NCBI GenBank assembly: GCA_965227515.1
Contig: CBDDFZ010000001.1
Span: forward strand, 3,072,001 to 3,136,000
Length of the DNA stretch: 64,000 bases
Reading direction: 5' to 3'
Origin: Alphaproteobacteria bacterium
Lineage (GTDB): Bacteria; Pseudomonadota; Alphaproteobacteria; CALKHQ01
How positions within the stretch are numbered: position 1 is the first letter of the stretch; each line of letters begins with the position of its first letter. Positions 50,619 through 58,992 of this stretch are shown in pieces. A program made the position numbers and the translations under genes. The notes under the pieces are model-generated. The model had not been told where the DNA came from, made no database searches, and worked only from the letters and a program-made list of their open reading frames with translations.

Positions 50619-51167
50619 ATGCCCGACCCTGATGATCAACGCATCTTCGAAGAGCTTATCGCCGCCACCGATCGAGCTGCGGCAATCGTGGCCGCCGCAT
50701 TCCTGGATGGATGCTTAACCACCACCATTCGATCATACCTAGTTGACGACGCCAAAGGTAATTTGATCCACAATTTGGTTCGCGAAGGCGGGCCAATTGG
50801 CACGCTCGATACCAAGACCCGGCTAGCGTTTGCCTTGGGTATATTCGGGGCCAGCGGGCTGCACGACTTGAAACTGGTGTGCAAGATCCGGAATCGGTTC
50901 GCCCACCAAACGGGTGTCTACAGCTTTAACATGGACCCGACCAAATCGGATTGCGCCAACCTCAAGGTCATAGACCAGTTTGTTTTCGACGTTCGCGAGA
51001 TGCCGCCAAAGGATGAGCGCCACCCGCTACTCACAATGGGCATCTCGAATCGCGATCAGACTCTCAACAATCCGCGCAGACGATTTATGTCTACGGTTGG
51101 CTTGTTCTCCACAGCCCTATATCACGCCCGCCGCACGTCTATGCCCGAAGCAACTCTGCCATTTTGA
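50619..51167 (+). CDS. MtlR-like HEPN-fold protein (IS passenger)
   Basis: DRAAAIVAAAFLD, GPIGTL..K..LAFALG, KIRNRFAH (Rx4H). Confidence 0.75.
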   Translation: MPDPDDQRIFEELIAATDRAAAIVAAAFLDGCLTTTIRSYLVDDAKGNLIHNLVREGGPIGTLDTKTRLAFALGIFGASGLHDLKLVCKIRNRFAHQTGVYSFNMDPTKSDCANLKVIDQFVFDVREMPPKDERHPLLTMGISNRDQTLNNPRRRFMSTVGLFSTALYHARRTSMPEATLPF

Positions 51168-51327
51168 CATAAGACGGCGACGCCTTCGTCATCGCTTCGA
51201 AAATGCGAACAACGCACTTTTCGTCGAATCCATCCCCGCGCCAACCGCCGTCTGGCAACTCGTCGACACCTGCTGCAACCATCTCAGGCGTAACCTGAAT
51301 ACCGGCCTGTCCGGTTTGATCTGGCAT
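51139..51327 (-). CDS. small hypothetical protein near the IS right end
   Basis: 62 aa, VTPEMVAAG...RIFEAM. Confidence 0.4.
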   Translation of the reverse strand: MPDQTGQAGIQVTPEMVAAGVDELPDGGWRGDGFDEKCVVRIFEAMTKASPSYVKMAELLRA

Positions 51328-51367
51328 CTCGATTCCGTTCAGTCAAGTATACAATGCCCGATAGATC

Positions 51368-51891
51368 GGCTGGCCAACAAGGTTGCCGGTGTAGTGATAC
51401 TATCGCACTCGAAACCGTTTCTGCTTGGCGTTTGGGACAAATGCCGACAACTAGAGCGGGCGGCTCTAGAAATTAGGCGTCATACTAATGGCTCCACATT
51501 GGAGTCTTGGAACGTAACAGACGCTATGGTGACGGAACATGATCGGCGCTACGCGGACGTGACGTCATATTTGGTACAGGCCGATCCAGCCCTTGAGCGG
51601 AGAGTAGCGGAGTCACTGCGGCCAATGCTCGAGGCCTTCTGCCGAGTTGCCTATCCCACACACTTTACGCCTGGAACGATGTTGGGACAATTTCAAGCCA
51701 CTTGTCACAGGCTGTGCGGCACCCAAGACGAAGTGATGAGCGCCGCAGACGCTCAGGAGCTCCGACTGATCTTGGACTACGCCAACCGCTTTCACCATGA
51801 CTCAAACGCAGCTTACGCAACTGAGTTGATCAACGATGCGACATTGTCTGATTTCGCGAGTCGGACATGCAATTTTATCAGCCGGCGCTGA
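51368..51891 (+). pseudogene. RloC-like protein, 3' part (H-loop and HEPN-like domain)
   Basis: in frame with the 5' part once the IS and one TSD are removed (QEIDR-LANKVAGVVILSH); LRPMLE, YANRFHH. Confidence 0.82.
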
Positions 51892-52004
51892 GTGATTTCG
51901 CGGGCCAGTGCTTCCGCCCGCCATATCTGACGAAATTTCTGATTGACCGATTCCCATTGATTCAAAGAGTATGGCTCAAGAGTTTTTGAGCCGAATGTGA
52001 GTCG

Positions 52005-52685
52005 ATGGGTACAGACAAGAGCCAATTGCACCGTGTCCCGTTGGGCGAGGTACTGCGATCGCATCGCGAAAAAAGCGGCCGTTCGCGTGCCGACGTGGCA
52101 GCGTCAACCGGCATGACCGAAGCAGCGATACAGCGTTATGAGCAAGCCGGGGTTGACGAGGATGGCACATTTCCTTCCTCCCCACGCTTGGCAATGCTTT
52201 GCCTGGAGCTGGATATATCACCCGATCTCGCACTACGCAGTTGTCTTTCCGATATTCAACACGAAAGATATAGAGAGAAAGAGTTTGGTGCTTCCCCATT
52301 TGATCATCCAGCCTTCGAATGGATACTCGATCAGTATGTTGCCTACCTTCGCGACATTGATATTCTAAAGCATACTCTTCGCATTATTATTAGTGAGCTA
52401 GATAACCCTGGCAGCATCGAGCCGGAATTGTTCGAGTGGTTGTTAACGCAGGCTCGTACTATTGCTTCGGTTCACGATGACTTTGTGGGCACGGCATATG
52501 AACGCATAGGAAGAGAACCTCTCGAGATGGACGTGATGGTGCCTGGTGCCCAAGGAGCCCGCGACAAGTCTGGAAAACTGATCGATTGGACCAAATTTGA
52601 CTACGCGAAGATGCGTGCGGCCACACTGGCGGCCGAACGCCGAGCATCAGTTAAAGGGGTTCGTGATCCCGACGCGAAGGCATGA
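52005..52685 (+). CDS. XRE-family HTH protein
   Basis: LGEVLRSHREKSGRSRADVAASTGMTEAAIQRYE. Confidence 0.8.
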   Translation: MGTDKSQLHRVPLGEVLRSHREKSGRSRADVAASTGMTEAAIQRYEQAGVDEDGTFPSSPRLAMLCLELDISPDLALRSCLSDIQHERYREKEFGASPFDHPAFEWILDQYVAYLRDIDILKHTLRIIISELDNPGSIEPELFEWLLTQARTIASVHDDFVGTAYERIGREPLEMDVMVPGAQGARDKSGKLIDWTKFDYAKMRAATLAAERRASVKGVRDPDAKA

Positions 52686-52874
52686 GGTCACGGCGAAGAG
52701 CCGAAAGTTGGCTTAACTACGAAGAGGAGAAATACGCCATGAGAATTCGAAGACGGCAAAAGTGGCCAAAAAAATGTGGCCCAGTCCAATTGGACCAGGC
52801 CACGCACTTTGATCTGACGAAACAGAAAGCTGTTGGCGCAGCTTCTCACCAACCGATTTGCATAGGAGGGGCCA

Positions 52875-53447
52875 GTGAGTGAGTTTCGACAAGACCCACC
52901 ATACACCATTCCCGCTGGGCAACCACGCCGAAAAGGGCCGGTTTCATTCACCAAGTTCGGAAACGTTGCGCGACTAAGCTTCGAGTTCGACGCGGCTCAG
53001 TGCGAGTGTCTAACTGACCTGTTGGTGCCCGCGGCCGAGCTTTGCCAAGAAGCGGTCAACGATCACGTGCGCGAGCAGCACGCGCGCTCGGCAGCGCAGC
53101 TAGAGGCCCACGAACGGCACCACAAAGCAATCGGTGAGTTTAGGCGGCTCGGGCTCAGAGCCGCGCGAATCAAACGACGTGAACTGGCCTACGGCCTGAA
53201 GCATCGTGATGCGCTTGCCATTGCCGCCAAACATCTTGAGACGGACGTACCCACCGTCACTCTCGCAGTCGCAATGCACGAGAAGCGTCTCAAGAGCCGC
53301 GTGCAGCGCTTCAAGGATCGAGCGCTTGTCCGGCTTGCGGGACAAGGTCTCTCAAATCGAGAAGTCGCGAAACGTCTAGGTGTGACGCCTTCCTACGCAG
53401 GCAAGCTTGTGCGGATCGCGATTGATCGCGTTGCGACTAAGACCTGA
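52875..53447 (+). CDS. hypothetical protein with C-terminal HTH
   Basis: AGGAGG RBS, GTG start; LVRLAGQGLSNREVAKRLGVTP; paralogous to 43909..44535. Confidence 0.75.
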   Translation: MSEFRQDPPYTIPAGQPRRKGPVSFTKFGNVARLSFEFDAAQCECLTDLLVPAAELCQEAVNDHVREQHARSAAQLEAHERHHKAIGEFRRLGLRAARIKRRELAYGLKHRDALAIAAKHLETDVPTVTLAVAMHEKRLKSRVQRFKDRALVRLAGQGLSNREVAKRLGVTPSYAGKLVRIAIDRVATKT

Positions 53448-53554
53448 TGAAGTGTCGCCGCCCAGTCAGACGGATTTTGATTGGGCGGCCCCCTTCCCGG
53501 CTTTTTCCTCTTCTCCAAGAGCGTGTGGTCAGATGAGAACAAACTGCACCGATA

Positions 53555-53582
53555 ACTCACGATACTATAAATTATGCGATCT
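53555..53582 (-). other. dif-like site with degenerate XerD arm (right attachment site)
   Basis: minus strand AGATCGCATAA-TTTATA-GTATCGTGAGT; XerC arm and core identical to dif, 5/11 mismatches in the XerD arm. Confidence 0.85.
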
Positions 53583-53717
53583 TCGCTGATGCCATTACGC
53601 CGGGTTTTCCGGGCTCTCAGATCGGCGCTCGATGCCTCCCCTGAAGCTGCAACCTTTCAAGAGTCGTCGTAGCGTTCGGGATTGCCAGTGCGCCCCAAGC
53701 GCAGCAGCATATGCGCC

Positions 53718-54425
53718 ATGAACCTGGAACCGCGCCTCGACATCCTGGCCAGCGCGCTTGCCGACCGGTCGCGCTGCCGCATCGTCTGGGCGCTGATGGA
53801 CGGCCGCGCGCACACGGCCAAGGAGCTCGCCTTCCGCGCTGACGCGACGCCGCAGACCGCGAGCTTCCATCTGCAGCACCTGTTGGGCGCCGACGTGATC
53901 GCGTGCCACCGGCAAGGCCGCCACCGTTACTACTTCATCGAGCGCCCTGAGATCGCCGACGCCATCGAGGCGATGGCGCTGGCCGCGCCGGCGGAGCATC
54001 TGAAGGCCCTGCCCCAGCGCGCCGCCGACGAGTTGAGGTTCGCGCGCTCGTGCTGGAACCATCTGGCGGGCCGGCTCGGCGTCGCGTTGGCCGACCGCAT
54101 GACGGCACTTGGCATGTTCACCAGCGACGTTGATGAGCCACGGCCGAGCAGCGCCGGTATGGACAAGCTAGCGGCCATCGGTTTGGACGTGGCCGCCATC
54201 GAGCGTGGGCGGCGGCCGGCGGTCCGCCGTTGCCTGGACTGGACCGAACGCCGGTTTCACCTGGCCGGCAGCGTTGGCGTCATGCTGCTGGAGCATATGC
54301 TGGCGCACGACTGGCTGGTGCGCCGCGATCAGACCCGCGGGCTGATGGTCACGGATCATGGCGAGGTGGCGTTGCGCGACCATTTCGGGCTCGAAATCGC
54401 GGAAATCGGGGGCCGGCCCGACTGA
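53718..54425 (+). CDS. ArsR/SmtB family transcriptional regulator
   Basis: ALADRSR, TASFHL, QGRHRYY, ARSCWNHLAG, CLDWTERRFHLAG. Confidence 0.88.
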   Translation: MNLEPRLDILASALADRSRCRIVWALMDGRAHTAKELAFRADATPQTASFHLQHLLGADVIACHRQGRHRYYFIERPEIADAIEAMALAAPAEHLKALPQRAADELRFARSCWNHLAGRLGVALADRMTALGMFTSDVDEPRPSSAGMDKLAAIGLDVAAIERGRRPAVRRCLDWTERRFHLAGSVGVMLLEHMLAHDWLVRRDQTRGLMVTDHGEVALRDHFGLEIAEIGGRPD

Positions 54426-54523
54426 TCGGTATGCCATGGCGGTGACGCCGCATTTGCCGCTTGCCGCGCGCGGGCCGGCTCAGCATGCTGGCCGAACCCC
54501 TTCCTTGCACATGGACCCGGCCG

Positions 54524-55345
54524 ATGCGCGACACGACCGACGGAACCTCTCGCCTGCTGGCGGTTATGGCGCGGCTGCGCGACCCCGATGGCGGCTGTCC
54601 GTGGGACGTGGAGCAGACGTTCGAGACCATCGCGCCCTACACCATCGAGGAAGCCTACGAGGTCGCCGACGCCATCGCGCGCGCCGACATGGACGAACTG
54701 CGCGGCGAGCTGGGCGACCTGCTGTTGCAGGTGGTGTTCCACGCCCGCATGGCCGAGGAAGCCGGCCATTTCGCCTATGACGACGTGGCCCACGCCATCG
54801 CCGACAAGATGATCGACCGCCATCCGCATGTGTTCGGGACGGATGGCGCCGACACGCCCGATGCCGTCAAGCAGACCTGGGAGGCGCGCAAGGCCGAGGA
54901 GCGAGCGGCGAAGGCCTCGAAGGACGGCCGCGTGCCGTCGCTGATGGACGACGTGGCACTCGCCCTGCCCGCCCTGATGCGCGCCGAGAAGCTGCAAAAG
55001 CGCGTGGCGCGGGTCGGTTTCGACTGGGACGAGACCGCGCCGGTATTCGCCAAGGTGCTGGAAGAGCTGGAGGAACTCCGCGCGGTCCACGACGGCGCCG
55101 AGGACGGGGTTGGCGATCCGGATCGGCTGGAGGACGAGGTGGGCGACCTGCTGTTCACCGTCGCCAACCTGGCGCGGCACCTGCGGGTCGACCCGGAAAA
55201 GGCGCTCAGGCGCACCAACGAGAAAGTGGTGCGCCGGTTCCGCTGGATCGAGGACAGCCTGCGCCGCGATGGCCTGACGTTCGATGACGTCGACCTCGCC
55301 GGCCTCGACGCGCGCTGGAACAAGGCGAAGGTTGAGGAGGGTTAG
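54524..55345 (+). CDS. mazG: nucleoside triphosphate pyrophosphohydrolase
   Basis: GCPWD.EQT, EEAYEV, ELGDLLLQVVFH, GFDW, EVGDLLF. Confidence 0.95.
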   Translation: MRDTTDGTSRLLAVMARLRDPDGGCPWDVEQTFETIAPYTIEEAYEVADAIARADMDELRGELGDLLLQVVFHARMAEEAGHFAYDDVAHAIADKMIDRHPHVFGTDGADTPDAVKQTWEARKAEERAAKASKDGRVPSLMDDVALALPALMRAEKLQKRVARVGFDWDETAPVFAKVLEELEELRAVHDGAEDGVGDPDRLEDEVGDLLFTVANLARHLRVDPEKALRRTNEKVVRRFRWIEDSLRRDGLTFDDVDLAGLDARWNKAKVEEG

Positions 55346-55353
55346 GGCACGCA

Positions 55354-55458
55354 CGTCATGATCGGGCTTGTCCCGACCATCCACGTCTTATTGGCCGCCC
55401 AGCAGTTTATTATTGGGCGGCCATCTCGTGGATGCCCGCAACAAGTGCGGGCATGACG
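55354..55458. repeat. CGTC-type REP doublet with inner hairpin between convergent genes
   Basis: cgtcatgatcgggcttgtcccgaccatccacg (55354-55385); 55427-55458 identical to 23902-23933; inner tggccgccca...tgggcggcca stem. Confidence 0.8.
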
Positions 55459-55486
55459 AATTTTCTTTTAAGACAACGACTTGGAA

Positions 55487-56356
55487 CTAATCGTTCGCCA
55501 GCAGGTGGATCAGGCTCGACGTGTCCCAGCGGTTGCCGCCACGGGCCTGCACTGCCGCGTAGAACTGGTCGACCAGGGCCGCTACCGGCAGCCGCGCGCC
55601 GTTGCGGTTCGCCTCTTCGAGGCAGATCGCCAGGTCCTTGCGCATCCAGTCGACCGCGAAGCCGAATTCGAATTCGCCCTTCACCATGGTGTGGGCGCGG
55701 TTCTCCATCTGCCAGGACTGCGCGGCGCCCTTGGAGATGACCGCGATCACCTTGTCCATGTCCAGGCCGGCCTTGACGCCGAAGTTCATCGCCTCGGAAA
55801 GGCCCTGCACCAGGCCCGCGATACAGAGCTGGTTGACCATCTTGGTGAGCTGGCCGGAGCCGACCTCGCCCAGCAGGACGCAGGACTTGGCGAAGCAGTC
55901 GATGGCCGGCTTGACCGTGTCAAACGGGCCGCTGTCGCCGCCGACCATGACGGTGAGCTGGCCGTTCTCCGCACCCGCCTGGCCGCCGGAGACCGGGGCG
56001 TCCAGGAAGTCGATGCCCTTGTCCTTGGCGATGGCGTAGAGCTCGCGCGCGACGTCCGCGGACGCGGTCGTGTGGTCGACGAAGATGCCGCCGGTTCCCA
56101 TGCCGGCGAACGCGCCGTCATCGCCCAGCACGACGCTGCGCAGGTCGTCGTCATTGCCGACGCAGCAGAACACGATCTCCTGGCCCTCGGCCGCCTGGCG
56201 CGGGGTCAGTGCGGATTTGCCACCGTGCTCGCCAACCCATTGCTCGGCCTTGGCCGCGGTGCGGTTGTAGACAGTAACGGTGTGGCCCTTGGCCGCCAGA
56301 TGGCCGGCCATCGGATAGCCCATCACGCCCAGCCCCAGAAATGCAACGTTCGCCAT
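55487..56356 (-). CDS. NAD(P)-dependent beta-hydroxyacid dehydrogenase (3-hydroxyisobutyrate dehydrogenase family)
   Basis: FLGLGVMG, DAPVSGG, KMVNQ, KDL. Confidence 0.9.
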   Translation of the reverse strand: MANVAFLGLGVMGYPMAGHLAAKGHTVTVYNRTAAKAEQWVGEHGGKSALTPRQAAEGQEIVFCCVGNDDDLRSVVLGDDGAFAGMGTGGIFVDHTTASADVARELYAIAKDKGIDFLDAPVSGGQAGAENGQLTVMVGGDSGPFDTVKPAIDCFAKSCVLLGEVGSGQLTKMVNQLCIAGLVQGLSEAMNFGVKAGLDMDKVIAVISKGAAQSWQMENRAHTMVKGEFEFGFAVDWMRKDLAICLEEANRNGARLPVAALVDQFYAAVQARGGNRWDTSSLIHLLAND

Positions 56357-56423
56357 TGCGCCCTCCTCCAAACTCTCGTCGGTTGATTTTATCTATGACA
56401 ATCAGAGCGTTGTCGCGGTCGGC

Positions 56424-57254
56424 TCACGCAACGCCGAAGTGTGTGGCAACCCGATTCCAGGCCGGTTCGCTGGCGGCCACCAGCATGCCTCTGCCTGGGT
56501 CGACGACGCGGTAGGGTTCGCCTGTGCCGGGACGTGCGTCATGGCCGCCGGATTCGCGGGCCATCAGCACGCCGGCGGCGTGGTCCCATGGCTTCAGCGA
56601 CCGGTAGTACATGAAGTGGCGCTTGCCGGTGCACAGCTCGACATACTCGCGCGCGGCGCAGCGCAACGCCCCGAACTGCTTGAAGGCCTTAGCCTGCGCC
56701 TTGGCGGCCGGACGTGTCTCGGTGGGGAAGTTGTTGAAGGTGGCCTGGCCGACCATCTGCTCGATGGCGCCGGGGTCTGCGGTCGCCATGCGCTCGCCCT
56801 CCAGCCACGCACCGCTGCCCTGCTCCACCGTCGCTGTCTTGTTCTCGACCGGCATGTGGATCCAGCCGGCGCGGGTCTCGCCACCGACCACCAGGGCGAC
56901 GATCAGCGCAAATCCCGTCTCGCCATGGGCGAAATTGAAGGTGCCGTCCACCGGATCCAGCACCCACACCGGGGCATCGTCGCGCAGCCGGTCGATCACG
57001 TCGGCGGAGGCGGCGGTCGCCTCCTCGCCCACCGCGACCGAGCCCGGCATCAGGTCGGTCAGCCGCGCGGTCAGCACCCGCTCGCTCTCCTGGTCGGCGA
57101 CGGTCACCAGGTCCTGCGGGCCGTTCTTCTCCGAGATGTCGCCGTCGGCCAGCTTGCGGAACCGAGACAAGACCTCGGCAACCGCGACCTCGCGCACGAT
57201 CTCGGCCACCCGCCCGACATCCGGATGGGCAGCCAGGTCCGCGATTGCGCTCAT
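56424..57254 (-). CDS. inositol monophosphatase family protein
   Basis: DLVTVAD, GEE, WVLDPVDGT.NF, PWDHAAG. Confidence 0.9.
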   Translation of the reverse strand: MSAIADLAAHPDVGRVAEIVREVAVAEVLSRFRKLADGDISEKNGPQDLVTVADQESERVLTARLTDLMPGSVAVGEEATAASADVIDRLRDDAPVWVLDPVDGTFNFAHGETGFALIVALVVGGETRAGWIHMPVENKTATVEQGSGAWLEGERMATADPGAIEQMVGQATFNNFPTETRPAAKAQAKAFKQFGALRCAAREYVELCTGKRHFMYYRSLKPWDHAAGVLMARESGGHDARPGTGEPYRVVDPGRGMLVAASEPAWNRVATHFGVA

Positions 57255-58549
57255 GATGCGACGGCCTGCTCGCGCGCCTGGGCGCCGGCATGCACGATGA
57301 TCTGCGCGTCCGGGTGGCGGTGGTGGAAGCGGTCGGCATCGGCGTCTGAGATGCGGACAGTCATGTGAATGGCTTGTCCCTCGGGATGGGTCTCGATCAC
57401 GTTGGCGCGGTCGTGCAGCCACGCGATGGCGGCGCCGTTTTCGGCCGGAATACGGTACGTGGTCAAGCGATGATCGCGTGACATCGCGGTCTCGATCGCC
57501 TTGCCCAGCGCCTCCAGCCCCTCCCCGGTCGCGGCGGACACCAGCACGGCGTCGTCGCGCCGAGCCGCGGCGTTGCCCAGCGCTTCACGGGTCTCGGCAT
57601 CCAGCAGGTCGGCCTTGTTCCAGACCTCGATCATCGGCTTGTCGGCGGCATCCAGGTCGGTCAGCACAGCCGATACATCGGCGGCCTGGGCATCGCTCTC
57701 CGGCGAGGCGATATCGCGGACATGCAGCACAAGGTCGGCCGCCCTCACCTCCTCCAGCGTGGCGCGGAACGCGGCCACCAGTTCGGTCGGCAGGTCGGAG
57801 ATGAAGCCCACGGTGTCGGATGCGATGATGGTCGGGCCCGAGGGCAGCGTGATGCGCCGCATGGTCGGGTCCAGGGTGGCGAACAGCATGTCCGCCGCCT
57901 CGACCGACGCGCCGGTCAGCCGGTTGAACAGCGTCGACTTGCCGGCATTGGTGTACCCGACAAGCGCCACCACCGGGAACGGCACCTTCTCGCGCGCGCT
58001 GCGGTGCAGGCTGCGGGTGCGCCGCACCTGCTCAAGGGCTGCCTTGATGCGGTCGATGCGCTCGTCGATCAGCCGGCGGTCGATCTCGAGCTGGGATTCG
58101 CCGGGACCGCCCATGAAGCCGAAACCGCCGCGCTGCCGCTCCAGGTGGGTCCAGCTCCGCACCAGGCGGGAGCGCTGATAGGTCAGCGCCGCCAGCTCCA
58201 CTTGCAGCCGCCCCTCATGGGTGCGCGCCCGGTCGCCGAAGATCTCCAGGATCAGGCCGGTCCGGTCGATGACCTTGCATTTCCAGGCCCGTTCCAGGTT
58301 GCGCTGCTGCACCGGGCTCAGCGTGCCGTTGACGATCGCCACCGCGATCTCGTGCAGCTTGATGGCGTCGCCCAGCCGCTCCAGCGTGCCCGGCCCGAAC
58401 AGGCTGGACGCGCGCGGGTTGCGCACGTTCACCGCATCGGCCGAGACCACGTCGAGCGATATCGCCTCGGCCAGGCCGACGGCTTCCTCGACCTGGACGT
58501 CGACCGTGCGCGCAGAAACACCGGCCCCACCTGCCCGGGCGGTTAGCAC
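57251..58549 (-). CDS. hflX: GTPase HflX (true start probably further upstream)
   Basis: LSPVQQRNLE, GPGESQLE.DRR, GYTNAGKS, LFATLD, DTVGF, NKAD. Confidence 0.95.
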   Translation of the reverse strand: MLTARAGGAGVSARTVDVQVEEAVGLAEAISLDVVSADAVNVRNPRASSLFGPGTLERLGDAIKLHEIAVAIVNGTLSPVQQRNLERAWKCKVIDRTGLILEIFGDRARTHEGRLQVELAALTYQRSRLVRSWTHLERQRGGFGFMGGPGESQLEIDRRLIDERIDRIKAALEQVRRTRSLHRSAREKVPFPVVALVGYTNAGKSTLFNRLTGASVEAADMLFATLDPTMRRITLPSGPTIIASDTVGFISDLPTELVAAFRATLEEVRAADLVLHVRDIASPESDAQAADVSAVLTDLDAADKPMIEVWNKADLLDAETREALGNAAARRDDAVLVSAATGEGLEALGKAIETAMSRDHRLTTYRIPAENGAAIAWLHDRANVIETHPEGQAIHMTVRISDADADRFHHRHPDAQIIVHAGAQAREQAVAS

Positions 58550-58628
58550 CGGGTGGATAACGGCAGCCTGCGTCCTTGCCTTGTCTAGATCGGAACCGGC
58601 GGATGTCGGGCTTCCGCCTTCCTTGGTA

Positions 58629-58880
58629 TCAGCTATCTTGGACTTCCTTTTCCGGCTCGAACAATTGGACGGCCGTTGCCGGCATCACAGTCGAGATCGC
58701 GTGCTTGTAGACGAGCTGCGAATGGCCGTCTCGCCGCAACAGCACGGAGTAGCTGTCGAACCAAGTGATGACGCCCTGCAACTTGACGCCGTTGACCAGG
58801 AACACCGTAACCGGGTTCTTGTTCTTGCGGATGTGATTGAGGAACACATCCTGCACATTTTGATGAGAATCACCAGACAT
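58629..58880 (-). CDS. hfq: RNA chaperone Hfq
   Basis: [23 protein letters not shown]. Confidence 0.96.
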   Translation of the reverse strand: MSGDSHQNVQDVFLNHIRKNKNPVTVFLVNGVKLQGVITWFDSYSVLLRRDGHSQLVYKHAISTVMPATAVQLFEPEKEVQDS

Positions 58881-58992
58881 TGACGCTGCCTTTCTTGTCT
58901 TTGTGGTCGTTCGGGGCTCGGTGACGAGGCCAAAAGAGCAAAGCCCGTTCACCCGCCAATTTTCTTGCCGACTGTGGCGGCCTTGAGCACGT

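Larger units (their letters stand above)
48769..51359 (+). mobile_element. IS1595-family transporter IS (ISNwi1-like ends), 2591 bp
   Basis: 23-bp terminal IRs GGGCATTATATACTTGACTGAAC / GTTCAGTCAAGTATACAATGCCC (1 mismatch); 8-bp target duplication GATAGATC at 48761-48768 and 51360-51367. Confidence 0.93.
43785..53586 (+). mobile_element. dif-integrated rolling-circle element without integrase (IMEX-like)
   Basis: 21-bp direct repeat TATAAATTATGCGATCTTCGC at 43785-43805 and 53566-53586; HUH Rep, HTH genes, visibly lower-GC cargo, no recombinase other than the IS transposase. Confidence 0.85.

Noticed and set aside
50980-51367. First part of ORF 50980..51891 as an independent gene
   Set aside because: It is IS sequence read in frame with the orphaned 3' half of the RloC-like gene.
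43785-53586. Element as a complete filamentous prophage or ICE
   Set aside because: No Zot/pI ATPase, coat, relaxase, T4SS or integrase gene recognised.
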